Shown in pieces: positions 19,700 through 29,406 of a stretch of DNA of 64,000 bases. The position numbers and the translations under genes are program-made. The stretch comes from Candidatus Xenobia bacterium. Its GTDB lineage: Bacteria > Vulcanimicrobiota > Xenobia > Xenobiales > QWHO01. The notes under the pieces were generated by a model. It was given only the letters and a program-made list of their open reading frames with translations, did no database searches and was not told the DNA's origin. Location: positions 49,330-113,329 of the forward strand of contig BTUM01000019.1 in NCBI GenBank assembly GCA_045863235.1. The letters run 5' to 3'. Every line of letters starts with the position of its first letter. Position 1 is the stretch's first letter.

Positions 19700-20916
19700 T
19701 GGCAACTTTCCGCTACCGGGCTTCGGGCGCAGGGGGAGCGTTGAAGGAGGGGGTGCTGGAGGCAACCAGCAAACAGGATGCTTCCCGCTCCCTGCTGCAA
19801 CGGGGCCTGATGGTCCTCGAGCTGAAAGAGGAGCGTGCTGCCGCTCCTCGCCAGCTGGTGGCCCCACCGGTCCCCCGGGCGATCGTCGCCCCGCCCCCTC
19901 GACTGACCCGGCTCTCGGCCATGGAAGCCGCGGTGCTGTTTCGCCAGCTGGCGGTCATGTTCCAGGCCGGCCTCTCGCTCTTTCGGGCAGTCACCTGCCT
20001 GGCCCAGCAGGCTGAGCGGCCCCGCCGGCGCCAGGCACTGGAGCTGCTGGCCGCCCGCCTGGCCGAGGGCTCCTCGCTGAGCCAGGCCATGGAGCTCTCC
20101 GGGCTCTTTTCGCAACTTGAGATCGGGGTGATGAAGGCGGGGGAGGAGTCGGGTATGCTCAGCGTCCTGCTCGAGCGACTGGCCCGGCTTCAAGAGCTGG
20201 AGTTGGCCTTTCAGCAACAGGTGAAGGCCCGCCTCAGCTACCCGGTTGGCGTGGCCGCAGCCATGGTGGTGGCCGCCTCGCTACTGACCATCTTGATGGG
20301 CCGAGTCGTCGCCTCCATGGGGAGCCTGGCCGAGGCCAGCCCCTTTCTGAGGTTGATCCAACAACCCTGGCTGCCGGCCCTCATGCTGCTCGTCCCGCTA
20401 GCTCTGGGCTGGTTGGCCTGGTGGGGTTGGAGGGGCTCCTCCACCCGGGCCAGCATGGAGCGCGTCTTGCTGAGGTTTGCCGTGGTCGGGCCCCTGCTGC
20501 GCCGGGCCGAGTCAGCCCGCATCTGCCGTATTCTGGCCGTGCTGGCTTCCAGCGGACTGCGGGTGGATCGCAGTCTGAGCCTGGCCGCCGGCACGACCGG
20601 GAGCCCCCTGGCACGCGAGGCCCTCGAGGTCGCTCGCCGCCATCTGGTGGCGGGTGAAGGGCTGGCCGCCGCTCTGGCGGCAAGCGGCTATTTTCCGCGC
20701 GAGGTGATCCAGATGACCGCGGCCGGCGAGAGTTCCGGGCGGCTGGGGCCGATGCTCTCCAAAGTGGCCGAATATGCCGACCTTCAGGTTACCCAGTTCC
20801 TGGAGGCTGCGGTTACGGCCCTGGAGCCGCTGCTACTGAGCGTGCTCGGCTTTCTGGTCGGACTTACCATGCTGGCCATCTTCGGGCCCCTTTACGGAGC
20901 TCTGGGCAGACTTTGA
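19699..20916 (+). CDS. Type II secretion F / PilC-family inner membrane platform protein
   Basis: MATFRYRA, FRQLAVMFQAG, AGEESG, YP, AGESSGRL, LEP. Confidence 0.9.
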   Translation: MATFRYRASGAGGALKEGVLEATSKQDASRSLLQRGLMVLELKEERAAAPRQLVAPPVPRAIVAPPPRLTRLSAMEAAVLFRQLAVMFQAGLSLFRAVTCLAQQAERPRRRQALELLAARLAEGSSLSQAMELSGLFSQLEIGVMKAGEESGMLSVLLERLARLQELELAFQQQVKARLSYPVGVAAAMVVAASLLTILMGRVVASMGSLAEASPFLRLIQQPWLPALMLLVPLALGWLAWWGWRGSSTRASMERVLLRFAVVGPLLRRAESARICRILAVLASSGLRVDRSLSLAAGTTGSPLAREALEVARRHLVAGEGLAAALAASGYFPREVIQMTAAGESSGRLGPMLSKVAEYADLQVTQFLEAAVTALEPLLLSVLGFLVGLTMLAIFGPLYGALGRL

Positions 20917-21375
20917 CAGGCTCTGCTTGAGGCGAGCCGGCATGGGGTCGATGGGGTCGAGCTTCATCGCCGCATCGAACTGCTCGATCGCCTTCTCAGG
21001 CTGCTCCAGACGCACGTACACCAACCCCAGCGTGGTCCGAAACTGACTGATTCCAGGGTGGACCCGACAGGCTTCCTGGAGCACCTCGATCGCCCTGTCG
21101 GGCTGCTTGCTCAGAAGGTAGCAGTGGGCCAGCAGGTCCCAGGCGGCCAGATAGTCGGGGCACAGGTGGATGACCTGCTCCAGATGCTCGATCGCTTCCG
21201 GGAGGTGCCGATGATGCACCTCGTCCTCGGCCTGGGCATACAGGCTACGCGCCCGGTCAAAATCGCGCCACTGGGCCTGCGCCCGGAGACTCATCGCCAG
21301 CGCGATCGGCAGGAGAAGGCAAAAGATCCCGATACTCAGGGCGCGTCGCCGCGACCCGGCTGGTGCTACTCGCAT
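20833..21375 (-). CDS. TPR protein with N-terminal membrane anchor
   Basis: Hydrophobic segment then about 3 TPRs (AWDLLAHCY, TLGLVYVRL..AIEQF); start uncertain. Confidence 0.7.
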   Translation of the reverse strand: MRVAPAGSRRRALSIGIFCLLLPIALAMSLRAQAQWRDFDRARSLYAQAEDEVHHRHLPEAIEHLEQVIHLCPDYLAAWDLLAHCYLLSKQPDRAIEVLQEACRVHPGISQFRTTLGLVYVRLEQPEKAIEQFDAAMKLDPIDPMPARLKQSLSKSAQSSVKGPEDGQHGKSDQKAEHAQ

Positions 21376-21428
21376 TCTGACAAGATTCGCCGCACCCGAG
21401 CCCCGGCCTCTCATGGAATGAGCCTTCC

Positions 21429-21469
21429 GTGCTGAAGCCTTCCGGGACAACCCTCAGCACTTCACTTCA
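21429..21469. repeat. Dispersed palindromic element, family 1, short copy C
   Basis: GTGCTGA...TCAGCAC inverted ends followed by TTCACTTCA. Confidence 0.6.
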
Positions 21470-22228
21470 ACGGCCGGCCCTGGCGCGCAGATCGACTCGC
21501 ACCATGGGGACTTCGATCTCGCCCTCGTGGTCGCCCAGGAGCTGGTCGGTGAAGCTTTCCAGCTCGAGCTCGGTGAGCCGCTCCACATAGGGGCGCCAGC
21601 CCGCCTCAAACCAGCTTTTGAAGGCCTGGCGCGAGGCCAGGCGCCCGGTCCGAGAGATCAGCTCCAGCCGCTCCACTTTCAGATCGGTCAGAGCCCGCTG
21701 GAAGGGTTCGAGCCCCAGAAAGGTCCAGGGCATCTCGAAACCGGCGAACGCCTCGCGCCAGGCCGGCGAGCTTCGCAAAGTCTCCACCCGGTCCAGCCAG
21801 AAAGCCATGTTCCCCTGGCCGCCCAGTTGGACCCGGAGCAGTCCGCCCGGATTGAGCAGGCGACCCATGCGGGCCACGGCCGCGGGAGGATCGCTCAGCC
21901 AGTGCAGGCAAGCAAACGAGCAGACCAGATCGAAGCCCGGTGTGAACTCGAGCGAAGCCGCGTCGGCCACTTCAAAGCTCAAACCAGGTCGAGCGTAATT
22001 GCGAGTGGCAAAGTCCACCATTTCGGGGGCCAGATCCACACCCACCACCCGGGCGCCAGGACAGCGTGCGGCGAGTTCCGCGGTCACCCGTCCACTTCCA
22101 CAGCCAACATCCAGAATCGAGCCCACGGCCGTCAGGTCGAGTTGCTCGAGCACCTCCTGCGCAAGACCGAACTGGACCTGGCTGTGCTGGTCATAACTGG
22201 CCGGATTCCACACTGTGGGCCTCATCAC
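21467..22228 (-). CDS. Class I SAM-dependent methyltransferase (trans-aconitate methyltransferase-like)
   Basis: WNPASY, ILDVGCGSG, GVDLAPEM, FDLVCSFACLHW. Confidence 0.88.
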   Translation of the reverse strand: MMRPTVWNPASYDQHSQVQFGLAQEVLEQLDLTAVGSILDVGCGSGRVTAELAARCPGARVVGVDLAPEMVDFATRNYARPGLSFEVADAASLEFTPGFDLVCSFACLHWLSDPPAAVARMGRLLNPGGLLRVQLGGQGNMAFWLDRVETLRSSPAWREAFAGFEMPWTFLGLEPFQRALTDLKVERLELISRTGRLASRQAFKSWFEAGWRPYVERLTELELESFTDQLLGDHEGEIEVPMVRVDLRARAGR

Positions 22229-22247
22229 CGAGGTCCCCGAGAAGGGG

Positions 22248-23306
22248 TCACGGAGTCCAGTCGTCTTGCTTCTTCACCGACTGGCAGAAGGCTGCCAGCA
22301 AACGCACGCAATTGTCGAGGTCGTCAAGCTCGAGCATCTCGCAAGGATTGTGCATGTAGCGCAAGGGGATAGAGAGCAGTCCGGCTGCGACTCCTGCCCT
22401 GGAAAGCTGAATGACGTTGGCGTCGGTTCCGGTACCCCGAGGATTGGCCTCGACCTGATAGGGAATCTTGCCCGCCTCGGCCACCTCGACCAGACGCTGG
22501 AAAACGTGAGGATTGACGTTGGGGCCCCGAGCGATGACCGGGCCCTTTCCCATCTGGATGTCTCCGTGGCGCTTCTTGTCCGAGTCAGGCAGGTCGGTGG
22601 CATGGCAGACATCAATGGCGATTCCGATGGTGGGATTGATCCCGTAGGCGGCCGTCTGGGCCCCGCGTAACCCGATTTCTTCCTGCACCGCCGAGACTCC
22701 GTGCACCGATGCCGCCAGCTTCTTGCCCTTGAGCGAGCGCAAAGTCTCGGCCACGACATAGAGACCGCAGCGGTTGTCGAAGGCTTTGGAAGCAGCTCGA
22801 CCATTGCGCAACAAGGTGAGACTGGCATCCATCGTAACCGGGTCGCCCAACTTGACCAGCTCGCGTGCCTCGTCACCGGAAGTGGCCCCGATGTCCACCC
22901 ACATCTTGTGCAACTCGGACTTCTTCTTGCGCTCTTCCTCGTCCATGAGGTGGATGGCGCGCTTACCGAAAACGCCGGGTATGGAGCCCGAGGCGGTGTG
23001 CACCAGCGCCCGCTGAGCCACGATCACCTCGGCGTCCCAGCCCCCCGAGGCCACCACGAAGAGGTAGCCCTTGTCGTCGATGTACTTGACCAGAAAGCCG
23101 ATCTCATCGGAGTGACCGTCGAGCATGATGCGGGGATTGCCCTTGGGGTTGGCGACAGCGATCACCGAGCCCATCAGGTCGGTGCGCATCTCCCCCACCT
23201 GGCCCTCCAGGCGAGCACGAAAAACTTTCTGAACAGCCTGCTCATAGCCGGGCGTGCCGTGCGACTCAACGAGCTGTTGAAGGAACTCCAGGGCGCCCTT
23301 CTTCAT
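22248..23306 (-). CDS. M42 family metalloaminopeptidase
   Basis: HSDEIG, KAFDNR, VQEEIGLRGA, GTDA, RYMHNP. Confidence 0.93.
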   Translation of the reverse strand: MKKGALEFLQQLVESHGTPGYEQAVQKVFRARLEGQVGEMRTDLMGSVIAVANPKGNPRIMLDGHSDEIGFLVKYIDDKGYLFVVASGGWDAEVIVAQRALVHTASGSIPGVFGKRAIHLMDEEERKKKSELHKMWVDIGATSGDEARELVKLGDPVTMDASLTLLRNGRAASKAFDNRCGLYVVAETLRSLKGKKLAASVHGVSAVQEEIGLRGAQTAAYGINPTIGIAIDVCHATDLPDSDKKRHGDIQMGKGPVIARGPNVNPHVFQRLVEVAEAGKIPYQVEANPRGTGTDANVIQLSRAGVAAGLLSIPLRYMHNPCEMLELDDLDNCVRLLAAFCQSVKKQDDWTP

Positions 23307-25768
23307 CGCTGGATGGTCAAGAACAGCTCGCTCATCTCAGCCGAGGGCGAGATGTTCAACTCGTTCTTCATGATCTGGGCGCAGCTTTGATACTGGCGGG
23401 CGGCCTGCTCGGGCTTGCCCTGCTCCACGAAAGCCCGCATCAGGCAAAGGTGCGCTTCCTGGTGACAGTTGTCGATCTTGAGCAGGCGCTGGGCGTAATC
23501 GTTGCTGACCTCGTAGCGCTCTTTCTCGAAGAAGTAGGTCATCAGGCTCTCGAGCACCTCGGTATACTTCATCTCCAGCTCTTCGCGGAGCAAGATGGAC
23601 CAATCAGCGTAGTAGCCTTCCATGAACTCACCCTGATAGAGGCCTTCAGCCTTCTGGAAGGCGATGATGGACTCGTCATCGCGCCCCTCGCGCTCGCGGG
23701 CCTGACCAAGCTCGTACTGTCGCTCGAACTCGGCCACGTCGAAGAACCAGGAACGGTCCACATTGAATCGATAGAAGCCTTTGCGGGCAAGCACCACGCG
23801 GTCGGACTCCCCGGTGAAGACTGCTTCCAACGCCTTGCGCATGTGCGAAAGAGCGGCGTAAAGAGATTGGCGGGCCTTCTCGGGCGGGTGATCGGGCCAG
23901 AACAGGTCCATGATCTTCTCGTCTGGGATGTCTCGGCCCGAATGCACCGCCAAATAAGCGAACAGGTACTTCGACTTGCGGGTCTTCCAGAGCTTGTCGC
24001 CCACCTCCTGGCCGCCCGCGAAGACGCGGAACTTGCCAAAACCATACAGCGAAAGGGGCGGAGCCTGCACCGCACCGGCCACACCTTCCTTGGGGGACAA
24101 AAGCTCCATCACCCGCTCGCGAGTGTTCGCCTGGACGTCGGCCAGGAATGGCTGGACAGCATCAAAGCCCAGTGATTGCAGCATGCGGTCGACCGCTGGC
24201 GACTCCTGGGCGGCAAATTCGAGCAGCAGCGGAATGGCCAGGTGACGCTGCTGACGCAGCGACTGCTGGAGCCCGTACTTCTCGACGGTCTCGGCAGCCA
24301 GGTCGACCTGCGCCCTGGCCTCAGCGGCCTGATTGTTCTTGTGCAGCACCTTGCCACGATAAAGAGCGGTGGAGGCCAGCTCAGGCTGGTGCTCCCACAC
24401 GGTGAAGATCTCGCGAGCCCTGTCGAGGTCTTCCAGAGCCGGCGCAACTTCTCCCTGTACGCCCCGGACCAGGCCTCGGACAGCCTGGGCCTTGCCGGTG
24501 CGCAGCTGGCTCTGACCGATGGCGGCCTCCACGGCCTGATCGGCGTAGCCGCGCGCGTCGTCCACGCGACCGCGGTGCAGGTGAGAAAGCGCCAGGCCGA
24601 CCAGCGCCTCGGAGCGCAAACCGCCCGCCGCCTCCGGCAGCAGCTCCAAAGCGCCCGAATAGGCTTTCCCCGATATTTCAAGGTCGCCAGCCGACAGGTA
24701 GGTGCCTGCCAGGCCCAGCATCAGCTCCACCTGCCGCTCCTTGGAGAGGGCCTCCTCGCGAACTTCCTCGTCGTCCTCGGCCGTTTCGTCGGTGGCCTCT
24801 TCGTCGGCAGCCAGCATCTTGAGGAACTGATTGACCAGGTCCGGGTCGAAGTGGGTGCCAGCCTCCTTCTCCAGGATCTGGCGAGCGTCGTGGTGGCTCA
24901 AAGGCTCGCGGTGAGGGCGCGCGCTGATCATGGCATCGTAAGCCTCAGCCACGCAAAGAATGCGCGATTCCAGAGGAATTTGGGTACCCTTCAGGCCCTG
25001 CGGGTGTCCCGAGCCATCGAACCATTCATGGTGGTGCAGCACGATCCGGAACACTTCTCGCAGACTCCCCAGACTGCTGAACAAAGTCTGGGATTGCTGG
25101 CTGGAGGCCTCCTGCAGTTGCTGCTTTTCGCCCTCGTCGAGCATCTCTTCGGTCTTGTCCAGGAAGGCTTTTTTCTGGCCGATGGTGCCCACGTCATGCA
25201 AGAAGGCAGCCAACTCGAGCACCTCGAGCCGGTTGCGGGAAAGCCCGGCCGCCTTGCCGATCTTCAGAGAGCTCTCGGCCACGCGGCGCGAGTGACCGCT
25301 GAAGTGCTCGTCGCGCTCCTCCACGCCCTCGGCCAGCAGTTTGACGATGGCCGCAAAATCGCGCCACTGCTGCTCGAGACCCTGAGAGAAACTCTTCTGC
25401 AGCCGATAGGACTCCAGGCTGCGCTTGACGCTCTGCACGAACTGCTTGTCGTCAAAGGGCTTCATCAAATAGTCGTCCACGCCCATCTTGATGGCGCGAA
25501 TGGGCACGTCGGGACTGGCGTAGCCGGTGATCACGATGGAGCGGGTATCGGGCTGGTCGCGTTTGAGGTTGGAGATCGTCTCCAGACCGTCCATTTCGGC
25601 CATGCGGACGTCACACACCACCAGGTCGAAGGATGTCTCCTTCGCCTTCTGAATGGCGTCCAGCCCCGAAGACGCGGTGGTTACATCGTAACCCTCGTCC
25701 GTAAGCAGAATCTCCAAGGCTGCAAGCATCAAGGGGTCGTCTTCGACCACCAGGATCTTCTCCGGCAC
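23303..25768 (-). CDS. Hybrid response regulator: REC, HD-GYP, TPR and SARP wHTH/BTAD domains
   Basis: REC (VVEDD, CDVRM, KPF); HD-GYP (HSRRV, HDVG, HHEWFDGSGHP); C-terminal LFWPD..ARQSL..DVAEF..LYQGEFM. Confidence 0.88.
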   Translation of the reverse strand: MPEKILVVEDDPLMLAALEILLTDEGYDVTTASSGLDAIQKAKETSFDLVVCDVRMAEMDGLETISNLKRDQPDTRSIVITGYASPDVPIRAIKMGVDDYLMKPFDDKQFVQSVKRSLESYRLQKSFSQGLEQQWRDFAAIVKLLAEGVEERDEHFSGHSRRVAESSLKIGKAAGLSRNRLEVLELAAFLHDVGTIGQKKAFLDKTEEMLDEGEKQQLQEASSQQSQTLFSSLGSLREVFRIVLHHHEWFDGSGHPQGLKGTQIPLESRILCVAEAYDAMISARPHREPLSHHDARQILEKEAGTHFDPDLVNQFLKMLAADEEATDETAEDDEEVREEALSKERQVELMLGLAGTYLSAGDLEISGKAYSGALELLPEAAGGLRSEALVGLALSHLHRGRVDDARGYADQAVEAAIGQSQLRTGKAQAVRGLVRGVQGEVAPALEDLDRAREIFTVWEHQPELASTALYRGKVLHKNNQAAEARAQVDLAAETVEKYGLQQSLRQQRHLAIPLLLEFAAQESPAVDRMLQSLGFDAVQPFLADVQANTRERVMELLSPKEGVAGAVQAPPLSLYGFGKFRVFAGGQEVGDKLWKTRKSKYLFAYLAVHSGRDIPDEKIMDLFWPDHPPEKARQSLYAALSHMRKALEAVFTGESDRVVLARKGFYRFNVDRSWFFDVAEFERQYELGQAREREGRDDESIIAFQKAEGLYQGEFMEGYYADWSILLREELEMKYTEVLESLMTYFFEKERYEVSNDYAQRLLKIDNCHQEAHLCLMRAFVEQGKPEQAARQYQSCAQIMKNELNISPSAEMSELFLTIQR

Positions 25769-25925
25769 GGTGCCTCCCCAGTCACTGGTAAGTCGGTCCG
25801 ACCGGCGACCGGACCGAGCATCCTACTGATCCCGAGTTGAAATTCTTTGGCAATTCCCCTTCTCAAGGCGAAGTCCTCCCTGCCCGGCGGGCTCCCGACA
25901 GGGGGCCCAGGGGAGGGAAGGATAT

Positions 25926-27113
25926 TCAACCAACCTGAGCGGGCTCGCGTCGAACCTCATCCTCATAAGCTTGAATCCCGGTGAGATGGCGCCCCAGAAT
26001 CAACTGCTGAATCTGGCTGGTTCCCTCGTAGAGGCTGGCCACCCGGGCGTCGCGCCAGAGCCGCTCCGGGGCAAACTCGTTGGAATAGCCGTAGCCACCG
26101 TGGATCTGGATGGCTTTGTCGGCGGCCCGCTTGGCCACTTCGCTGGCATAGTACTTGCACACCGAGACCTCGATGGTGCTCTTGCGGCCCTCGTTCTTGG
26201 CCATTCCGGCCTGGTAGACCAGCAACCGGGCGGCTTGCGTCTCGACATAGAGGTCGGCCAGCATCTCCTGCACCAATTGGAAGCCCGCGATCGGTTTGCC
26301 GAAGGCTTCCCGCTCCTTGGAGTATGCGACGCTGCAATCCAGGGCGTGCTGAGCGATGCCGACGCAGCCGCTGGCTACGCCGTAGCGCCCATTATCCAGA
26401 GCGCTCATGGCGATCTTGAAGCCCTGCCCCACCTCGCCCAGTCGGGCTGAATCAGGCACCCGCACGTTCTCGAGGAACAGCTCGCCCGTGTCGGAGGCCT
26501 TCAAACCCAGTTTCCCTTTCATCTTCTGAGTCTGGAAGCCGGGCGACTTCGTCTCCACCAGGAAAGCCACCATCCCGCGATGCTTGGAGCCCGGCTCGGT
26601 CTGGGCGAAGATCAGGGCCAGATCAGCCCAGGTACCGTTGGAGATCCAGACCTTCTGGCCGTTCAAGATCCAGTCCGATCCCTGGCGCACGGCCCGGGTG
26701 GCCAGGTTGCCCGCATCCGAGCCCGCTCCAGGCTCGGTCAGGCCAAAGCAGCCGATCCACTCGGCCGAGCACAGGCGGGGCAGGTAGGTTTTCTTCTGCT
26801 CCTCGGTGCCCCAGGCCAGAATCGTCAGCTCCACCAGCGACATCTGCACCGACAGCGTGGTGCGCACCGAGGAGTCGGCGTAGCCGATCTCTTCGAAGAC
26901 CATTGCCTCGCTGATATAGTCCAGGCCGGCCCCGCCGTACTGCTCGGGCACCGGAACACCCAGAAAGCCGAGCTTGCCCATCTCGTTGAGCAGCTCCCGG
27001 GGATAGGCCTCCTCGATGTCCCAGCGGCGGGCGTGAGGCAAGATCTTATCCCGCGCGAAGCTACGCGCGGCATCGCGGATCATTTTTTGTTCGGAAGTCG
27101 GGTTGAAGTCCAT
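25926..27113 (-). CDS. Acyl-CoA dehydrogenase
   Basis: FGLTEPGAGSD, LNGQKVWISNG, REAFGKPI, QIHGGYGY, YEGTSQIQ. Confidence 0.95.
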   Translation of the reverse strand: MDFNPTSEQKMIRDAARSFARDKILPHARRWDIEEAYPRELLNEMGKLGFLGVPVPEQYGGAGLDYISEAMVFEEIGYADSSVRTTLSVQMSLVELTILAWGTEEQKKTYLPRLCSAEWIGCFGLTEPGAGSDAGNLATRAVRQGSDWILNGQKVWISNGTWADLALIFAQTEPGSKHRGMVAFLVETKSPGFQTQKMKGKLGLKASDTGELFLENVRVPDSARLGEVGQGFKIAMSALDNGRYGVASGCVGIAQHALDCSVAYSKEREAFGKPIAGFQLVQEMLADLYVETQAARLLVYQAGMAKNEGRKSTIEVSVCKYYASEVAKRAADKAIQIHGGYGYSNEFAPERLWRDARVASLYEGTSQIQQLILGRHLTGIQAYEDEVRREPAQVG

Positions 27114-27168
27114 GGTGGCGCGGCCATTCTGGCAGGCCGGTGAGCCCTCCTGCCGAAGGCAGGTCGCC

Positions 27169-27900
27169 GTGCGTCTGACCGAGCTGACTTACACCCGCTT
27201 CGAGGCACTCGACCGCTCACGCTGCGTGGCCCTCCTGCCGGTGGGAGCCATCGAGGCCCACGGCCCGCACCTGCCCCTTGGCACCGATGGGGTGATCGCC
27301 GAGGCCATGGCCGGGCGGGCGACCGAGTTGCTGGCCCACGAGGGATATACGGCGCTCATACTTCCCACGATGGACTTCACAGTGGCCGGGTTTGCCCGGA
27401 ACTTTGCCGGCACATTCAGCTTCCGGCCCGAGACCGTGCGCCTGCTTTTGCAGGATCTGACGGCCGAGCTCTCGCGTTGGGGTCTGGCCGCGCTGGGAGT
27501 GGCCAATGCCCACCTTGACCCACTTCACCTGAAGTGCCTGCAGCAGGGCTTGGCGGATGCCCCCCTCCCGGTGGCCTTCCCAGACCTGACCCGTAAACGT
27601 CACGCCACCCGCCTGAGCGAGGAGTTCCAGAGCGGGGCATGCCATGCCGGCCAGTACGAGGGCTCTATCGTGCTTGCTGCCCGACCCGAGCTGGTCGAGC
27701 TGGCCACGGCCCGAGCCTTGCCCGACAATCCGCGCTCGCTGGTGGACGCCATCCGCGCCGGAATCTCCAGCTTCGAGGAAGCGGGAGGCCCACAGGCCTA
27801 CTTTGGCTCCCCTCGCGGCATCAACGCCCCGGAGGGTCACGAGAGCATCGCCACGCTGGCGAGCATCCTGGCCGAGGAGCTGCTGGCTCTGCTGCGATGA
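27169..27900 (+). CDS. Creatininase family amidohydrolase
   Basis: LPVGAIEAHGPHLPLGTD, NAH, HAGQYEGS. Confidence 0.9.
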   Translation: MRLTELTYTRFEALDRSRCVALLPVGAIEAHGPHLPLGTDGVIAEAMAGRATELLAHEGYTALILPTMDFTVAGFARNFAGTFSFRPETVRLLLQDLTAELSRWGLAALGVANAHLDPLHLKCLQQGLADAPLPVAFPDLTRKRHATRLSEEFQSGACHAGQYEGSIVLAARPELVELATARALPDNPRSLVDAIRAGISSFEEAGGPQAYFGSPRGINAPEGHESIATLASILAEELLALLR

Positions 27901-27943
27901 AGCGCCTGAAAGGAAGACCGGGGAAGGGCCTGAAGTGTTCCTC

Positions 27944-28315
27944 ATGAGACTCTTGACGCTGACCTTCTGCCTGCTGCTGACGGCCGCCGTGCTGGCCGAA
28001 GGCTTCACCACCAGGGTTCGCTTCCAGGCGGGAACCAGCGGCGCCAAGCTGCAGGGGGCCGTGGCCCGCGGTGAGGAGAACACCTACATTCTTGGCGCGA
28101 CCGGTGGACAGACGATGGCGGTGAAGATCAGCTCGGTCGAAGGCAACGCCGTCTTCCACATCATCGGCTCATCGGGCAAGCCGCTGGCCGGCGCCGAGCC
28201 AGGCAAGGATGCCACCCAGTGGCAGGGCCAGTTGCAGCGCGACGGCGACTATCGCGTGGTGGTCGGGGCCACCCGGGGCGGGGCCGAGTACACGCTGCAG
28301 ATCAGCATCAAGTAG
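27944..28315 (+). CDS. Small secreted beta-sandwich protein (PliG/PPC-like)
   Basis: Signal peptide; RVRFQAGTSGAKLQG, Y.LGA..GQTMAV, WQGQL..GDYRVVV, YTLQISI. Confidence 0.7.
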   Translation: MRLLTLTFCLLLTAAVLAEGFTTRVRFQAGTSGAKLQGAVARGEENTYILGATGGQTMAVKISSVEGNAVFHIIGSSGKPLAGAEPGKDATQWQGQLQRDGDYRVVVGATRGGAEYTLQISIK

Positions 28316-28317
28316 GC

Positions 28318-29406
28318 TTGGGCGTTCCCCGCCTGATCGGGGTCGATGCCCTGCGGGGCGTTGCCGCCCTCATGGTGTTGCTCTATCACGGCTGGTTCGG
28401 TCCGCTGATCAACCAGGTCAGCCCGGAAGCATTCTGGCTGGCCTATCCCAGCTGGCAGGGCTTCACCGGGGTGCACCTGTTCTTGCTCCTCTCCGGGTTC
28501 TGCATTCACGCGCGGGCGGCCAGCGCCGGCCGCGCTCGCCCCTTCCTCGTCTTCTGGCGACGTCGGCTGACCCGGCTCTATCCCCCTTACCTGGCCGCCG
28601 TCGGTCTGAGCTTTCTGGTGCTGAGCGGGCCGGGCCAGAGAGAGCTCTGGATCGCCCTGGCGATCCACGCCACCTTTCTCCTCCCCTTCTTCCCCGTGAC
28701 GCTCTGGAACTCGGGGAATATCGTGTTCTGGACCCTGGCCCTGGAAGAGCAGCTCTATCTCCTCTACTCCCCATTTCTCTGGCTGCGCAAGCGATTGTCG
28801 CTGACGAGGGTCGTCGCCGTGGTGCTGGGGGCGACCCTGCTCTACCGAGCCGCAGCCGTCTACTGGATGCAAGCCCGCACGCCGATGTGGTCGACCCCGG
28901 TCGAGTTTCTGGGCGCTCTGCCCGCTCAGGGAGGAGCAGCCTGGCTGACGCTGGGCCCGGCCCGCTGGTTCGAGTGGGTGCTGGGGGCGGCCCTGGCCGA
29001 GCGCTACTTTCAGGGTAAGCTCTACTTCTCGAGAAAGGCCGGTCTGCTGAGCCTGCTGGCCCTGGCCGCTGCCCTGGCCGGTCAGTGGTCTCAGCCCGGC
29101 TGGGTGCTCACCGACCCCTGCTGGGGGCTCTTCTACCTGGGGGTCTGCGCCTGGACCTTGACCCGGGAGCCCGAGCGACTGAGCGCACGGCCCTTGTGGA
29201 AGGCGGCCAGTCAGGTTGGGCTCTACAGCTACAGTCTCTATCTGGTGCACGTGCCGGTGCTGGATTTGCTCCAGCCCGTACTCGGGACGCTCGTTCCGCA
29301 GGCTCTGGCGCTGCCGCTTAGTTGCCTGCTGGTACTGCCCTGCGCCTACCTGTTCTACCTGCTCTTCGAACGACCCGCCCTGGAATGGAGCCGCCGGCTT
29401 CGCTGA
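28318..29406 (+). CDS. Acyltransferase family 3 membrane protein
   Basis: DALRGVAALMVLLYH, GVHLFLLLSGF, RRLTRLYP, WTLALEEQLY, SYSLYLVH, FERP. Confidence 0.92.
   Translation: MGVPRLIGVDALRGVAALMVLLYHGWFGPLINQVSPEAFWLAYPSWQGFTGVHLFLLLSGFCIHARAASAGRARPFLVFWRRRLTRLYPPYLAAVGLSFLVLSGPGQRELWIALAIHATFLLPFFPVTLWNSGNIVFWTLALEEQLYLLYSPFLWLRKRLSLTRVVAVVLGATLLYRAAAVYWMQARTPMWSTPVEFLGALPAQGGAAWLTLGPARWFEWVLGAALAERYFQGKLYFSRKAGLLSLLALAAALAGQWSQPGWVLTDPCWGLFYLGVCAWTLTREPERLSARPLWKAASQVGLYSYSLYLVHVPVLDLLQPVLGTLVPQALALPLSCLLVLPCAYLFYLLFERPALEWSRRLR

Noticed and set aside
24176..25840. 554-aa plus-strand ORF
   Set aside because: Antisense shadow of the hybrid response regulator.
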